A DNA stretch of 64,000 bases from Patescibacteria group bacterium. GTDB lineage: Bacteria; Patescibacteriota; UBA1384; DATEAH01. The stretch is taken from positions 11,951 through 75,950 of the forward strand of contig DATEAH010000009.1 of the NCBI GenBank assembly GCA_035288465.1, given 5' to 3'. This document shows, piece by piece, positions 26,761 to 37,399 of this stretch (position 1 is the first letter of the stretch; the number at the start of each line of letters is the position of its first letter). The notes below the pieces were generated by a model. That model worked only from the letters and a program-made list of their open reading frames with translations, was not told where the DNA came from and did not search any database. Both the position numbers and the translations under genes were made by a program.

Positions 26761-28329
26761 TTATGTCGTAGTTGGTAAACCATGATAATGATTTTGGGCA
26801 AATAAACTATTTTCCATTTCTTGAGGTTTTGGAATATCTAAAATTTCCAAAATTGTGGGCGCAATATTTGCCAAACGCCCAGGATGAAGGTTTTGATATT
26901 TTCTCACATCGTCAATGATAATAAAGGGGACATCAGAAGTGCTGTGCTCGGTTTCAGGTTCTGAAGTTTTTGGGTTTAACATTTGTTCGGCATTGCCATG
27001 GTCGCCGGTGATGATCGTGACCCCTTTATGGCGCTTCATTTCATTCACAAAACTGCCCACGATTTTATCTAAATAAGTAACTGCCGCAATAGTTGCCTGC
27101 ATGTTGCCGGTGTGGCCAACCATATCCGCATTGGCAAAATTAATTACCATAAAATCAAATTTATTTAAATTTTCAATTGCTGTTTGGGCAATTTCGGCCG
27201 CAGACATTTCGGGTTGAAGATCGTAAGTAGATATTTTTTGGGAGGGGATTAGAATTCTTTTTTCTCCAGGAAATGGGTTTTCCCTGCCACCATTAAAAAA
27301 ATAAGTAATATGGGCGTATTTTTCAGTTTCTGCCAAATGCAGTTGCGTGAGATTATTGTTCGATAAAATTTCCGCTAAACAATTTTTAACTTCAGCCGGG
27401 ACAGGAAAGGCTACTTTTATATCTAATGAATTCTCGTATTCATAAGGCACTAAGCTGGCAAAATAACACTTTTTAAGTTTTTTGGTATGAAATTCTTTAA
27501 ATTTGGGATCGCAAATGCTCCGCACGATTTGTCTCATTCGATCAGCACGAAAATTAAAAAATAAAACTGCATCGCCATCTTTAATTTGACCGGCTGGTTG
27601 ATTTTTAGCTTCAATACTGGTCGGTTCAATAAATTCATCAGTTTTACCAGCAGCATAATTTGCGCTCACCGCTTTTCGGGCATCGCTTGACACCGCGCTT
27701 TTGCCTTCGACAATCACTCGATATTCTCTTTCGGTTCTTTCCCATCTTTTATCGCGATCCATCGCATAATATCTGCCACCAATACTCGCAATTCTGCCCA
27801 CCTTAGTTTGGTTAATTTTATCAGTCAATTTGGCAATAAACGAAATTGCGGCGGTCGTTGGAGTGTCGCGACCATCGCAAAAAGCATGAATAAATACTGA
27901 ATCTAATTCTTTTTGCTGGGCATAATCCAATAATGAAAACAAATGATTAATATGAGAATGGACACCGCCATCCGAAACTAAACCCACGAAATGTAAAGAA
28001 GAGTTATGTTTTTTCGTCCAATCAAAAGCGGCATTAATGACGGGATTTTTAAAAAAACTCCCATCGCTAATTGATTGGTTAATTCTCGAAATGTCCTGTT
28101 TTAAAACCCGACCTGTGCCAATACTCAAATGGCCAACTTCGGAATTGCCCATTTCCTGGCCCGGTAAGCCGACATTATCACCCGAAGCTTTTAATTGAGT
28201 ATGAGGGTAAATAGACCAATAACGGTTCATGTTTGAAGTTTCAGCCAATGAAATTGCATTACCACCCCAAGAAGGGCTGATTCCCCAGCCATCCAAAATT
28301 ACCAAAGCAAATGGTGATATTTTCTTCAT
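26761..28329 (-). CDS. gpmI: 2,3-bisphosphoglycerate-independent phosphoglycerate mutase
   Basis: VILDGWGI, MGNSEVGHLSIGTGR, GDHGN, MVGHTGN motifs. Confidence 0.85.
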   Translation of the reverse strand: MKKISPFALVILDGWGISPSWGGNAISLAETSNMNRYWSIYPHTQLKASGDNVGLPGQEMGNSEVGHLSIGTGRVLKQDISRINQSISDGSFFKNPVINAAFDWTKKHNSSLHFVGLVSDGGVHSHINHLFSLLDYAQQKELDSVFIHAFCDGRDTPTTAAISFIAKLTDKINQTKVGRIASIGGRYYAMDRDKRWERTEREYRVIVEGKSAVSSDARKAVSANYAAGKTDEFIEPTSIEAKNQPAGQIKDGDAVLFFNFRADRMRQIVRSICDPKFKEFHTKKLKKCYFASLVPYEYENSLDIKVAFPVPAEVKNCLAEILSNNNLTQLHLAETEKYAHITYFFNGGRENPFPGEKRILIPSQKISTYDLQPEMSAAEIAQTAIENLNKFDFMVINFANADMVGHTGNMQATIAAVTYLDKIVGSFVNEMKRHKGVTIITGDHGNAEQMLNPKTSEPETEHSTSDVPFIIIDDVRKYQNLHPGRLANIAPTILEILDIPKPQEMENSLFAQNHYHGLPTTT

Positions 28330-28347
28330 AATAAAATCTCATTAAAT

Positions 28348-29652
28348 TTAATATATGGTGCTTTCACTTTTAGAATTATGTCCAAAAACCGCTTTTGCAC
28401 CCAAGGCTTCTTCGATACGAATAATTTGATTATATTTGGCGGTTCGTTCAGACCGTGATAAACTTCCAGATTTAATACCAAACGCACCCACCCCCACCGC
28501 TAAATCAGCAATAAATGTGTCTTCAGTCTCACCCGAGCGATGTGAAATAATTATCGTATAACCTGATTGTTGCGCTAATTTAACCGTTTTAATCGTTTCC
28601 GACAAGGTTCCCACCTGATTAGGTTTAATAATAATCGCGTTGCCGGCTTGATTTTGAATCCCGAGATTCAATCTTTCAATATTGGTCACAAAAATATCAT
28701 CACCCACAATTTTGATATTTGTGCCCAGCAAAGTGGTTAATTTGGTCCAGCCTGCCATATCATCATCTGCCAAACCATCCTCAATGCTATAAATTGGGTA
28801 TTTGTCCGCTAGGGATTTTAAATATTCAATCATTTGGTCGGTTGATAAAACCTTATTTTCTTTTTTAAGCGTATATTGACCGGATTGATTCATTATTTGA
28901 GAGGCGGCGACATCCAAGCCAACAAAAACATCTTTTCCGGGAGTAAAGCCAGCGCTGGTAATTGCCTCAACAATTGCCGCAATCGCTTTTTCGTTTTGGT
29001 CAAAAGAGGGAGAATAGCCACCCTCATCGCCAACATTCGTTGAAACATTTTTTGATTTTAATTGTTTGCCTAAAGCATGATATACTTCAGAACCCCATCT
29101 TACTGCTTCTTTAAAGCTGTCTGCACCCATGGGAATAATCATAAATTCTTGAATATCTAAATTGTAACCCGCGTGAATGCCGCCATTAATGACATTCATA
29201 AAGGGCACCGGCATATGATATGATTCAGGTTGTGGTCGAGTCAAGCGAGTTAAATATTGGTATAAAGGGTATCGATAAGCGATTGCTCCAGCTCGAGCAC
29301 AAGCTAAAGAGGCGCCTAATATTGCATTTGCACCTAATTTGGCCTTGTTGGCAGTATTATCTAAATAAATTAAGATGCGATCAATTTCAGTCTGATTGGC
29401 TAAATCTTTGCCCACAAGATTTTTTTGAATTACAGTTTCCACATTTTCAACCGCTTTTAAAACTCCTTTACCGCCAAACCTTTTTGGATCGCTATCCCTT
29501 AATTCCAAAGCCTCAAATTGTCCCACCGAGGCTCCAGATGGGACCGAAGAGCGGTCAAAAAAACCATCATCAGTAATCACATCAACTTCTACCGTGGGAT
29601 CACCGCGTGAGTCTAATATCTCACGGGCAATTAATTTCGCAATTTTTGACAT
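28348..29652 (-). CDS. eno: enolase
   Basis: AREILDSRGDPTVEVDV N-terminus, SHRSGETEDTFIADLAV active-site region; start at MSKIAK after GGTGGAG RBS. Confidence 0.9.
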   Translation of the reverse strand: MSKIAKLIAREILDSRGDPTVEVDVITDDGFFDRSSVPSGASVGQFEALELRDSDPKRFGGKGVLKAVENVETVIQKNLVGKDLANQTEIDRILIYLDNTANKAKLGANAILGASLACARAGAIAYRYPLYQYLTRLTRPQPESYHMPVPFMNVINGGIHAGYNLDIQEFMIIPMGADSFKEAVRWGSEVYHALGKQLKSKNVSTNVGDEGGYSPSFDQNEKAIAAIVEAITSAGFTPGKDVFVGLDVAASQIMNQSGQYTLKKENKVLSTDQMIEYLKSLADKYPIYSIEDGLADDDMAGWTKLTTLLGTNIKIVGDDIFVTNIERLNLGIQNQAGNAIIIKPNQVGTLSETIKTVKLAQQSGYTIIISHRSGETEDTFIADLAVGVGAFGIKSGSLSRSERTAKYNQIIRIEEALGAKAVFGHNSKSESTIY

Positions 29653-29693
29653 TTCTCCACCCCCTTTACGATAGGTCAATAAAATCTTTGAGC

Positions 29694-30758
29694 TTATTTT
29701 TGTAAACGATCTTTTAGGAAAATGATCGTTTCGTTTGAACTGGGATCAACTTCGTGTAAAATTCCCAGATAAAAACTGGTATAATCGCCCAATAACACAT
29801 AGGCTAACATCTCTGCCAAGGCTGAACATTTTAATTCCAAATTAACCAACAGATTTGGAATTTCTTTTTTATCCAAAATTTCTCGGCAAATCCCAATTCT
29901 TTTATGAATTCTTGGATTATAATATTTTGACTGCAATATCAGCACGTATATTGGGTTTGGCTTTGGAAAATCTAAATCAGCAATGGTATTATGGTTTAAT
30001 TCGGGCAATGCTTCAAAATAAGATGAATATTTAGAATTTTCATTAAACTGGCATTTCCAGCGCCGCGCCACTTCTTCTAGGTTTTCAGCTGACCAAACAA
30101 ATGGCACTGAGCCAAAAATCTGATTTGCAATTCGTTTGGCTAAATTTCGCCCAGTTTTATTTTCAGGTTTGAGGTTTTCATTAACCTGGTTTAAAATCAC
30201 AATTGCCTCATCAATATCTTTTTGCGCTAATTCCGACATCAAGCCAATTTTTTTCATCACCCCTAAAATTGCCCCGAATCCATAACCCATGGCTGCTCGC
30301 GGCTGAGGCGCATCACTTTGGTATTTATACAAAGGCGCGCGATATTTTTTCGCTAATGATTCTAATTTGCCGCCAGTCGTGATTGCTATTAATTTTGCAC
30401 CCTTGGAAAAGGCGGCCACGAATCCATCTAAAACCTCTTCGGTTCCACCAGAATGAGAAACGGCAATTACTAATGTTTTATTGTCAACAAAAGCTGGTAC
30501 CCCATAATCTCGATGAATGATTATCGGATGGGGATTCTCTTTTTTTAATAATGCCTGGACCAAAGCGCCAGCAATACCTGAACCGCCCATGCCTAAAATA
30601 ACAACTTTGCTGGTATTGGGATAAAATGAGGGAATAATTAATTTTTGAGCACTTGACCAGCCTAACTGAATTTGAGGACCCAACTCCGCAATATATTTAC
30701 GGGTGTTTTTAGTATCAATTTGAGCAATTTTGTCTAAATCATTTAAGTTGTTCATCAA
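29694..30758 (-). CDS. bifunctional phosphoglucose/phosphomannose isomerase (SIS domain)
   Basis: SIS motifs VVILGMGGSGIAG and IAVSHSGGTEEV; length typical of PGI/PMI family. Confidence 0.75.
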   Translation of the reverse strand: MMNNLNDLDKIAQIDTKNTRKYIAELGPQIQLGWSSAQKLIIPSFYPNTSKVVILGMGGSGIAGALVQALLKKENPHPIIIHRDYGVPAFVDNKTLVIAVSHSGGTEEVLDGFVAAFSKGAKLIAITTGGKLESLAKKYRAPLYKYQSDAPQPRAAMGYGFGAILGVMKKIGLMSELAQKDIDEAIVILNQVNENLKPENKTGRNLAKRIANQIFGSVPFVWSAENLEEVARRWKCQFNENSKYSSYFEALPELNHNTIADLDFPKPNPIYVLILQSKYYNPRIHKRIGICREILDKKEIPNLLVNLELKCSALAEMLAYVLLGDYTSFYLGILHEVDPSSNETIIFLKDRLQK

Positions 30759-30815
30759 ATAATTCCTTTTAGCTTAATTATAGCTATAAATTATAAAAAT
30801 ACAAGACTATACCTG

Positions 30816-30886
30816 TGGAGACACCGGGAGTCGAACCCGGACCTCGGCAATGCGAATGCCGTGTAATGCCATTTTACTATGTCCCC
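30816..30886 (-). tRNA. tRNA-Ala (anticodon CGC)
   Basis: Acceptor GGGGACA/TGTCTCC with G3:U70, anticodon loop TTCGCAT, T-loop TTCGACT; no encoded CCA. Confidence 0.85.
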
Positions 30887-31010
30887 ATTCTGATTTCATT
30901 TTACCTTATTTGAGCTAAATTTCAATAAAAAAAGCCCGCCAAGGTTTTCCCGCGACGGGGCAGTTAAGGGGCAGTTAAAATGATAAAGTGTTTGAATAAT
31001 TGGGTTTGTG

Positions 31011-31211
31011 TTAAATAAATTTGATCTTATCTGGAGGGGGAAAAGGATTATCCTTGTAAAGGGTTTTAAAGATTTGATAATAATGGCGTTTGGTGGTCCG
31101 GCTATTTTTCGAACAAAGCAGACAAGCAAGAACTGACGTAAAAGTCAAGAATGATATAATCGCCAGCAACGGGATTAAACTAACCAATCCGATAACGGCT
31201 TCATGGCTCAT
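31011..31211 (-). CDS. small hypothetical membrane protein
   Basis: 66-aa ORF with one TM helix and AAAGGAGA RBS. Confidence 0.4.
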   Translation of the reverse strand: MSHEAVIGLVSLIPLLAIISFLTFTSVLACLLCSKNSRTTKRHYYQIFKTLYKDNPFPPPDKIKFI

Positions 31212-31268
31212 CTTTCCATCTCCTTTGGGTTGGTTTGGTGACTGTGGATTAAATAAGGCAAGTTTGAT

Positions 31269-31547
31269 TCACGGGCGAGTATCTGAGAATTCAATAAAGG
31301 GATTAAATGGATAAAACCCATTTGTCACCCCTGAGCTGGCATCGGACAATATTATCAAAAATCTTTGTTGTGCTTCGTCATCTTCTGGAAGAACAGATTC
31401 GATCCAGCAAAACAAATTCTTAAAGAGCCTTTGAGCAAAAAACAACAATACATACCCAATCAATAGGAGAATTGGGATTAATATTGACCAGATGAAGAAA
31501 AATGCGATGTCAGAAAAAAGATACTGCAGATTCGCCACCATATGCAT
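31269..31547 (-). CDS. small hypothetical membrane protein
   Basis: 92-aa ORF with TM helix and GGAAAGGAGA RBS. Confidence 0.45.
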   Translation of the reverse strand: MHMVANLQYLFSDIAFFFIWSILIPILLLIGYVLLFFAQRLFKNLFCWIESVLPEDDEAQQRFLIILSDASSGVTNGFYPFNPFIEFSDTRP

Positions 31548-31659
31548 TATCTCCTTTCCGAGAAAGGATGTTCAATTTATAATACTACCAAAAAATAGCT
31601 AAAAAATCAAATTAAATCTTTAAAAAAAACGATTTTTAGGGTATAATTGAGCTAAGAAT

Positions 31660-31743
31660 GCCGAGGTGGCGGAATTGGTAGACGCGCAGGTCTCAAACAC
31701 CTGTGAGCGCAAGCTCATGCGGGTTCGATTCCCGCCCTCGGCA
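31660..31743 (+). tRNA. tRNA-Leu (anticodon CAA), long variable arm
   Basis: Acceptor GCCGAGG/CCTCGGC, D-loop AATTGGTAG, anticodon loop CTCAAAC, 15-nt variable arm, T-loop TTCGATT; TATAAT -10 13 nt upstream. Confidence 0.9.
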
Positions 31744-31794
31744 TTTTTTATTTGGCCACAAAAAAAAGACTTGACATTTTACCGAATTTGAGTT

Positions 31795-32472
31795 ATGATA
31801 AAATCAATGAAATTTACATTTTTAGCCCAAGAAAATTTAAAAAATCTTTTCAAAAACGTCCTCAAATTTGCGGTTTTCTTTTTAATTATCTTTGCCATTA
31901 TGTTTACACTTTTAAATTGGCCAGCCGTGAAAATTAATGTTAGCTATTATTGGGGAAAAATATTTCACCAAAATAATTCCCAAAAAACAGAACTTACGAC
32001 CTTACCAAATATTAATAATTCCAAACAGCCAACCACCACCGAACTTAAACTCGGAAATAACCGGATTGTGATAAATAAAATAAATATAAACGTTCCTATT
32101 GTTTGGAATGTGCCTGAAAAAGATTTTATTGCCAGTTTAAAAAATGGCGTGGCTCATTATCAAGGCACCGCCAAACCCGGCGATAAAGGCAACATTTTTA
32201 TCGCTGGCCACTCTTCAAATTATTGGTGGGAACAAGGTCCTTATAGCGCCATTTTTTCGATGATCAATAAATTAGATCTCGGCGACGAGGTGATCATTAC
32301 CTATAATAATAAAGCTTATTATTATCGCGTCCAAGAGAAATTTACAGTTAAGCCATCTCAAGTTGAAGTCATGATGCCAACCAAAGAACCAACTTTAACC
32401 TTAATGACTTGCACGCCAATTGGCACGAGTTTAAATCGTTTAATTGTTCGAGCCGATCAGGTAATTCCTTAA
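31795..32472 (+). CDS. sortase-family transpeptidase
   Basis: TLMTCTP catalytic Cys motif and upstream IAGHSS His; N-terminal TM anchor. Confidence 0.7.
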   Translation: MIKSMKFTFLAQENLKNLFKNVLKFAVFFLIIFAIMFTLLNWPAVKINVSYYWGKIFHQNNSQKTELTTLPNINNSKQPTTTELKLGNNRIVINKININVPIVWNVPEKDFIASLKNGVAHYQGTAKPGDKGNIFIAGHSSNYWWEQGPYSAIFSMINKLDLGDEVIITYNNKAYYYRVQEKFTVKPSQVEVMMPTKEPTLTLMTCTPIGTSLNRLIVRADQVIP

Positions 32473-32483
32473 AATTCATCGAG

Positions 32484-33788
32484 CTAATTTCGAAATTTGA
32501 GCAAATTAAGTTTTTTATCAAGATCTAAATAAATTAATTGATTTTGCGAGATTATCTCAAAATTTACCCCCGGAGCTAAGGTTATTTCGTTTTTGCCGAA
32601 TAAATCTATCACTTTTATTTTTTGGTCAAGATTAAAAATAATATAAGGAAAATTATCAAGCCATTCAATTTTCGAAATGGTTTTTGAGGTACGGTAAATT
32701 AAGACATTATTTTTGGTTTCCGGATCATAGTACCAAATTTCACCTAAATCGGTTTTGTATAAAAGTTTTGATTTTTTAATCAAGCCAAAAAAGCGTAATT
32801 CTTGTGAACAAGAAAAATCCTCGACTTGGCTCGAAATCGTTTTAAGCGAGTTATTAATTACTATTGATAATTTGCCTTTTTCATCTAAAATAAAAATATT
32901 TGAATTTTTCACAAAAAGTTTATATTCGCCAGCCGTTAAAGTCACCAAATTTTTAGAATTTGTCAAATCAAAATCAGCTCTTCTGAGCTGGAGTTTATTT
33001 TTTGCTAAAGTTAAATAATAAAGGTCGTTATTCTCAGGGAATATTTTTTGAATATTGTCAGCAATTAGCTTTAAGTTGCCATTTTTAATATTATAAAATT
33101 TGCTATCTTGAGTTAAAATTAAAAAGGTCTGATGACCTTGAGGTAGCCAATAAATTTGTTTAATTTTAGCCGGTATTTTAAAATCAACCGCTGCCAGAAT
33201 ATTATCATTGGCATTATAAAGATAGTAATTACCATTGCCTGCCAGCAAGGCTACTTCAGAATCTGCCGACCAACTGCTAATTTTAAGATTTTCGGGAATT
33301 TTTTTAATGCTTCTAAGGTCTTTGGTGTTTAGATTGTATTGATTTAAAGTTTTATTTATATATAATAATTTATTTGAATCTGGTGAAACCTGGAAAGATT
33401 TAATATTTGAAGCGATATTGGTTTTTTCCGGAGAGGCATAAAAAAGGACAATGTCTTCAAATTTAATCACCCGACCAACCTCAACCGTGATGTGCTTTTT
33501 CCAACTTTGATAATTTGTTTTGCGAATTTCCAAGTCATAATCACCCGGCAATAATCCCAAAGAAGCCGGGCATTGACTTGCCGCTAATTTTCCCGAAACC
33601 AAAATCTCGACATCGCGCGGTTGGCAGGTTATATAAATTAAACCGGATTTTTGCCATTTATGAGCCGAGTAATTATATTTATACCCAGCTGCCCAGAGTA
33701 CCAAAAATATCGAAACTGCCAAAAAAATCACTCCGATCAAACTCCAAAGACTAAGGGTGGCAATAATTTTTTTATGATGTTTTTTCAT
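32484..33788 (-). CDS. membrane-anchored PEGA-domain / beta-propeller-like protein
   Basis: N-terminal TM; PEGA-like segment CQPRDVEILVSGK…GDYDLEIRKTNYQSWKKHITVEVGRV; repetitive beta-rich remainder. Confidence 0.5.
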   Translation of the reverse strand: MKKHHKKIIATLSLWSLIGVIFLAVSIFLVLWAAGYKYNYSAHKWQKSGLIYITCQPRDVEILVSGKLAASQCPASLGLLPGDYDLEIRKTNYQSWKKHITVEVGRVIKFEDIVLFYASPEKTNIASNIKSFQVSPDSNKLLYINKTLNQYNLNTKDLRSIKKIPENLKISSWSADSEVALLAGNGNYYLYNANDNILAAVDFKIPAKIKQIYWLPQGHQTFLILTQDSKFYNIKNGNLKLIADNIQKIFPENNDLYYLTLAKNKLQLRRADFDLTNSKNLVTLTAGEYKLFVKNSNIFILDEKGKLSIVINNSLKTISSQVEDFSCSQELRFFGLIKKSKLLYKTDLGEIWYYDPETKNNVLIYRTSKTISKIEWLDNFPYIIFNLDQKIKVIDLFGKNEITLAPGVNFEIISQNQLIYLDLDKKLNLLKFRN

Positions 33789-33904
33789 AATATTTACTTA
33801 AATTATACCTAAAAAACCTCAAAAACTCAAGCAATGAGCTTGCAAAAGAGTGAAATTTTGGTAAAATTAAAGGTAATCGAAATAAAATAATAAAAGGCAT
33901 AAAT

Positions 33905-35164
33905 ATGGCAAAATTTAAAATTATCGGTGGCAAGCCATTACACGGTACTATCAGCACCACCGGTGCGAAAAATTCGGCATTACCGATAATTGCTGCTTGT
34001 CTTTTAACTGATGAAATTTGTGAAATTGATAATATCCCAGATATTTTGGATATTCAAGTAATGCTGGAGATTATTCAAGAATTGGGCGCTATTGTTAAAA
34101 AAATAAACCCTCATAAGTATCAGATTCAGGCTCAAAAAATTAAAACTACCCAATTAAAATCAGAATTAATCTCAAAACTTAGAGCCTCAATTTTGTTGAT
34201 GGGGCCAATGTTGGCCCGAATGAAAAAAATTCAAATGAAGCATCCGGGAGGTTGTATTATTGGCAAAAGGCCGGTTGGAACTCATTTTTGGGCTTTAGAA
34301 AAAATGGGCGCCACTACCAAACAAGATCAAACATATTATTATGCCCAAGCGCCTCGCGGATTAAATCCGACTGAAATGTTTTTAGATGAGCCATCTGTGA
34401 CTGCCACCGAAAACGTCTTAATGGCGGCCGCTCTTACTCCTGGCAAAACCGTACTCAAGGATGCAGCTTGCGAACCGCACGTTCAAGATTTAGCGCATTT
34501 TTTGATCAAAATGGGCGCATTAATATCAGGCATTGGCACTAATCATTTAGAAATTATTGGCGCTCAAAAATTACAAGGCGCCAAACACCGCCTAATTCCC
34601 GACTTTCTTGACATTGGCACTTTTGCCGCGGCCGCCGCTGCCACCAAGGGCGAAATCACTATCAAAGATGTCGTTGCCACGGATTTAGATCCGATTTTAG
34701 CCAAATTAGAAATGATGGGCGTCAAATATAAACTTGAAAATCGTAGTCTAAAAATTTTAAAAAGCCCCAATCTTAAAGCTTCCCGGATTCAAACTCGACC
34801 CTGGCCAGGCTTTCCCACTGATTTGCAAGCGCCGTTTTGCGTGCTATCCACCCAAGCTAAAGGCACGAGTTTAATTCATGATTGGATTTACGAGCGAAGG
34901 TTATTATACACTGATAATCTAATAAAAATGGGTGCCGAAATTGTCTGGTGCGATCCGCATCGCGCCTTAGTTACCGGACCAACCCAATTATATGGCGCAC
35001 AAATTGGCAGTCCAGATATTCGCGCCGGCATCGCTTTAATTATTGCTGGTTTAGCCGCCAAAGGTGAAACAATCATTGATAATATTGATTTGGTTGATCG
35101 AGGTTATGAAGCAGTTGAAATTAGGCTGCAAGCCCTAGGTGCCAATATCAAAAGAATCAAATAA
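33905..35164 (+). CDS. murA: UDP-N-acetylglucosamine 1-carboxyvinyltransferase
   Basis: MAKFKIIGGKPLHGTISTTGAKNSALPIIAACLL N-terminus and EPT fold length. Confidence 0.9.
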   Translation: MAKFKIIGGKPLHGTISTTGAKNSALPIIAACLLTDEICEIDNIPDILDIQVMLEIIQELGAIVKKINPHKYQIQAQKIKTTQLKSELISKLRASILLMGPMLARMKKIQMKHPGGCIIGKRPVGTHFWALEKMGATTKQDQTYYYAQAPRGLNPTEMFLDEPSVTATENVLMAAALTPGKTVLKDAACEPHVQDLAHFLIKMGALISGIGTNHLEIIGAQKLQGAKHRLIPDFLDIGTFAAAAAATKGEITIKDVVATDLDPILAKLEMMGVKYKLENRSLKILKSPNLKASRIQTRPWPGFPTDLQAPFCVLSTQAKGTSLIHDWIYERRLLYTDNLIKMGAEIVWCDPHRALVTGPTQLYGAQIGSPDIRAGIALIIAGLAAKGETIIDNIDLVDRGYEAVEIRLQALGANIKRIK

Positions 35165-35237
35165 TAAACTTGTTGGTATATAAATTAGTATATAATTAGG
35201 TAACACGGATTTAATTTAAATATCGTAATGGAGGAAG

Positions 35238-36248
35238 ATGTTAGGTCGAAGAATTGGCATTGATTTAGGGACCACCAATACTTTAGTGTATTTGCCCAAA
35301 AAGGGGATTGTGAGTAATGAACCAACGGTGGTGGCATTATCGGTTGATGATAACCGTGTTTTAGCAATTGGCAAAGAAGCCAAAGAAATGATTGGACGCA
35401 CGCCTGAAAGTATTATTGCTTCGCATCCTTTGCGGGATGGTGTCATTGCCGATTATCGAATTTGCGAAGCGATGTTGAGATATTTTATTAATCGCGTTTC
35501 TGGCGGTTTAAGGTTATTTCGTCCGGAAGTGATGATTGCCGCCCCAGCTGGTATTACCTCCACTGAAAAAAGGGCGGTTATTGATGCGGCCTTGCAAGCT
35601 GGTGCCAAAGCAGCTTTTATCATCAAAGAGCCGGTTGCCGCCGCGCTTGGTGCGGAAGTGCCAATTTCTTCTCCGTCGGGGAATATGATTATTGATATTG
35701 GCGGTGGCACCTCTGAAGTAGCAGTAATTGCTTTGGGTGATATTGTCGCGGCCAGCTCAGTTCGTACCGGGGGCCGGAAAATGGATCAAGCTCTTGCCAA
35801 TTATATCCGTCGCAAACATAATCTAATTGTTGGCGAACAAACCGCCGAAAACATTAAAATTAAAATCGGTTCAGTTTTACCTTTGAAAAAAGAGTTAAAA
35901 ATGGAGATCTCTGGTTCTAATTCAATCTCTGGCTTGCCCGAAACAATTATCGTTACCAGCAATGATGTGGTAAAGTCACTTAAAAATGAGTTAAAAGATA
36001 TTATCAACACCGTCAAAAATGTTTTACAAAACACCCCCCCGGAATTAGCCGCAGATGTGATTGATAAAGGCATTATAATGTCTGGTGGCGGTTCAATGTT
36101 GCGAAATATTGATTCATTAATGACCAAGGTCACCGGCGTGCCGTGCCATGTTGCTGAAGAGCCTTTATTGGCGGTGGCAAAGGGAACAGGCATGGCGGTT
36201 GAAAATTTAGACGCCTACAAAAAATCAGTCTTATGGATAAAATCATAA
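35238..36248 (+). CDS. mreB: rod shape-determining protein MreB
   Basis: IGIDLGTTNTLVY phosphate-1 motif, IIDIGGGTSEVAV, actin-fold length. Confidence 0.9.
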   Translation: MLGRRIGIDLGTTNTLVYLPKKGIVSNEPTVVALSVDDNRVLAIGKEAKEMIGRTPESIIASHPLRDGVIADYRICEAMLRYFINRVSGGLRLFRPEVMIAAPAGITSTEKRAVIDAALQAGAKAAFIIKEPVAAALGAEVPISSPSGNMIIDIGGGTSEVAVIALGDIVAASSVRTGGRKMDQALANYIRRKHNLIVGEQTAENIKIKIGSVLPLKKELKMEISGSNSISGLPETIIVTSNDVVKSLKNELKDIINTVKNVLQNTPPELAADVIDKGIIMSGGGSMLRNIDSLMTKVTGVPCHVAEEPLLAVAKGTGMAVENLDAYKKSVLWIKS

Positions 36249-37186
36249 TCATGATTAATCCTAAAGTAGCCATTATTTTAGTTAATTATAATTCACAACA
36301 AGACACTCTCGAATGCTTAGAGAGTCTTTTTCGAATTAGCTATCCGAATTTTAAAGTGGTTTTAGTGGATAATAATTCCAAAGATGATTCAGCCAAAATA
36401 ATTCGACAAAGATTTGGTGCTAAAGTAAAAATCATTGAAAATTCTAAAAATTTAGGTTTTGCCGAAGGTAATAATGTTGGCGTTCGTTGGGCACTAAAAA
36501 ACAATGCCGACTATGTTATGCTCTTGAATAATGACACCATTGTTAATCCGAGTTTTTTGGATATTTTAATCAAAAATGTCCAAAATAAACCCCAATTCGA
36601 AGTTTTTTCCCCACAAATCCGCATGTATCCGGATAAAAACCGCTTATGGTATGCGGGGGGACGAATGATGCCGTTTCTCGGGTCTGTGCAAATGTTTAAT
36701 CGGGGTGCCAAAATTTCAAATGCGAAATTAAAAAAACCAAGCGAAATTACTTTTATCACTGGGGCGGCGATGCTAATCTCCGCTTTGTTATTTAAAAAAG
36801 TGGGTTTTTTGGATAAAAAATATTTTTTATACTGGGAAGAAACAGATTGGGAAGCTCGGGCTCTTCGTGCTGGGGTAAAATTTTTATATGTTCCAGATGC
36901 GGTGATTTGGCACAAGATTTCCCAAAGCACTGGTGGTGCCGCAAACCCCAAAATGCAATATTATTTCTATCGCAACAATTTATTATTTGCGAAAAAGAAT
37001 TTGGTATTTTATTGGTGGCCAACTTTTTTACTTTTTATATTTTTTAGAATTTTATTTTTTGAAATTGGTTTAGGGTTAATCCAATATTTGTTTGGAAAAC
37101 GAACTCGATTTTTAGGTTTAAAATATTTATGTAGGGGAATTTTAGATTTTTTTAGCGGCAAATTTGGTGCAACAAAATTGGAATAA
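36233..37186 (+). CDS. family 2 glycosyltransferase
   Basis: VAIILVNYNSQQDTLECLESL … VVLVDNNSKDDS … DxD-type GT-A signature; C-terminal TM. Confidence 0.8.
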   Translation: MDKIIIMINPKVAIILVNYNSQQDTLECLESLFRISYPNFKVVLVDNNSKDDSAKIIRQRFGAKVKIIENSKNLGFAEGNNVGVRWALKNNADYVMLLNNDTIVNPSFLDILIKNVQNKPQFEVFSPQIRMYPDKNRLWYAGGRMMPFLGSVQMFNRGAKISNAKLKKPSEITFITGAAMLISALLFKKVGFLDKKYFLYWEETDWEARALRAGVKFLYVPDAVIWHKISQSTGGAANPKMQYYFYRNNLLFAKKNLVFYWWPTFLLFIFFRILFFEIGLGLIQYLFGKRTRFLGLKYLCRGILDFFSGKFGATKLE

Positions 37187-37399
37187 TTTTTAAAATGTTT
37201 CGCTCGGCACTCTCCACAAAAAGACGCTCCGTCAATCAAATTTATTATCAAAATTACTCTCAAGCCGTCGCTTGACTCTTGTCTTGCCCCAATTGTTATA
37301 CTTTTTTAATGCCTTATCTTGGGCAAGTCTGCGAGACACTTTTTTTAGGAGGTGCCTTCGCTCTTTACCTGTAAATTTTATCTTTTTAAGGTAGAGATA

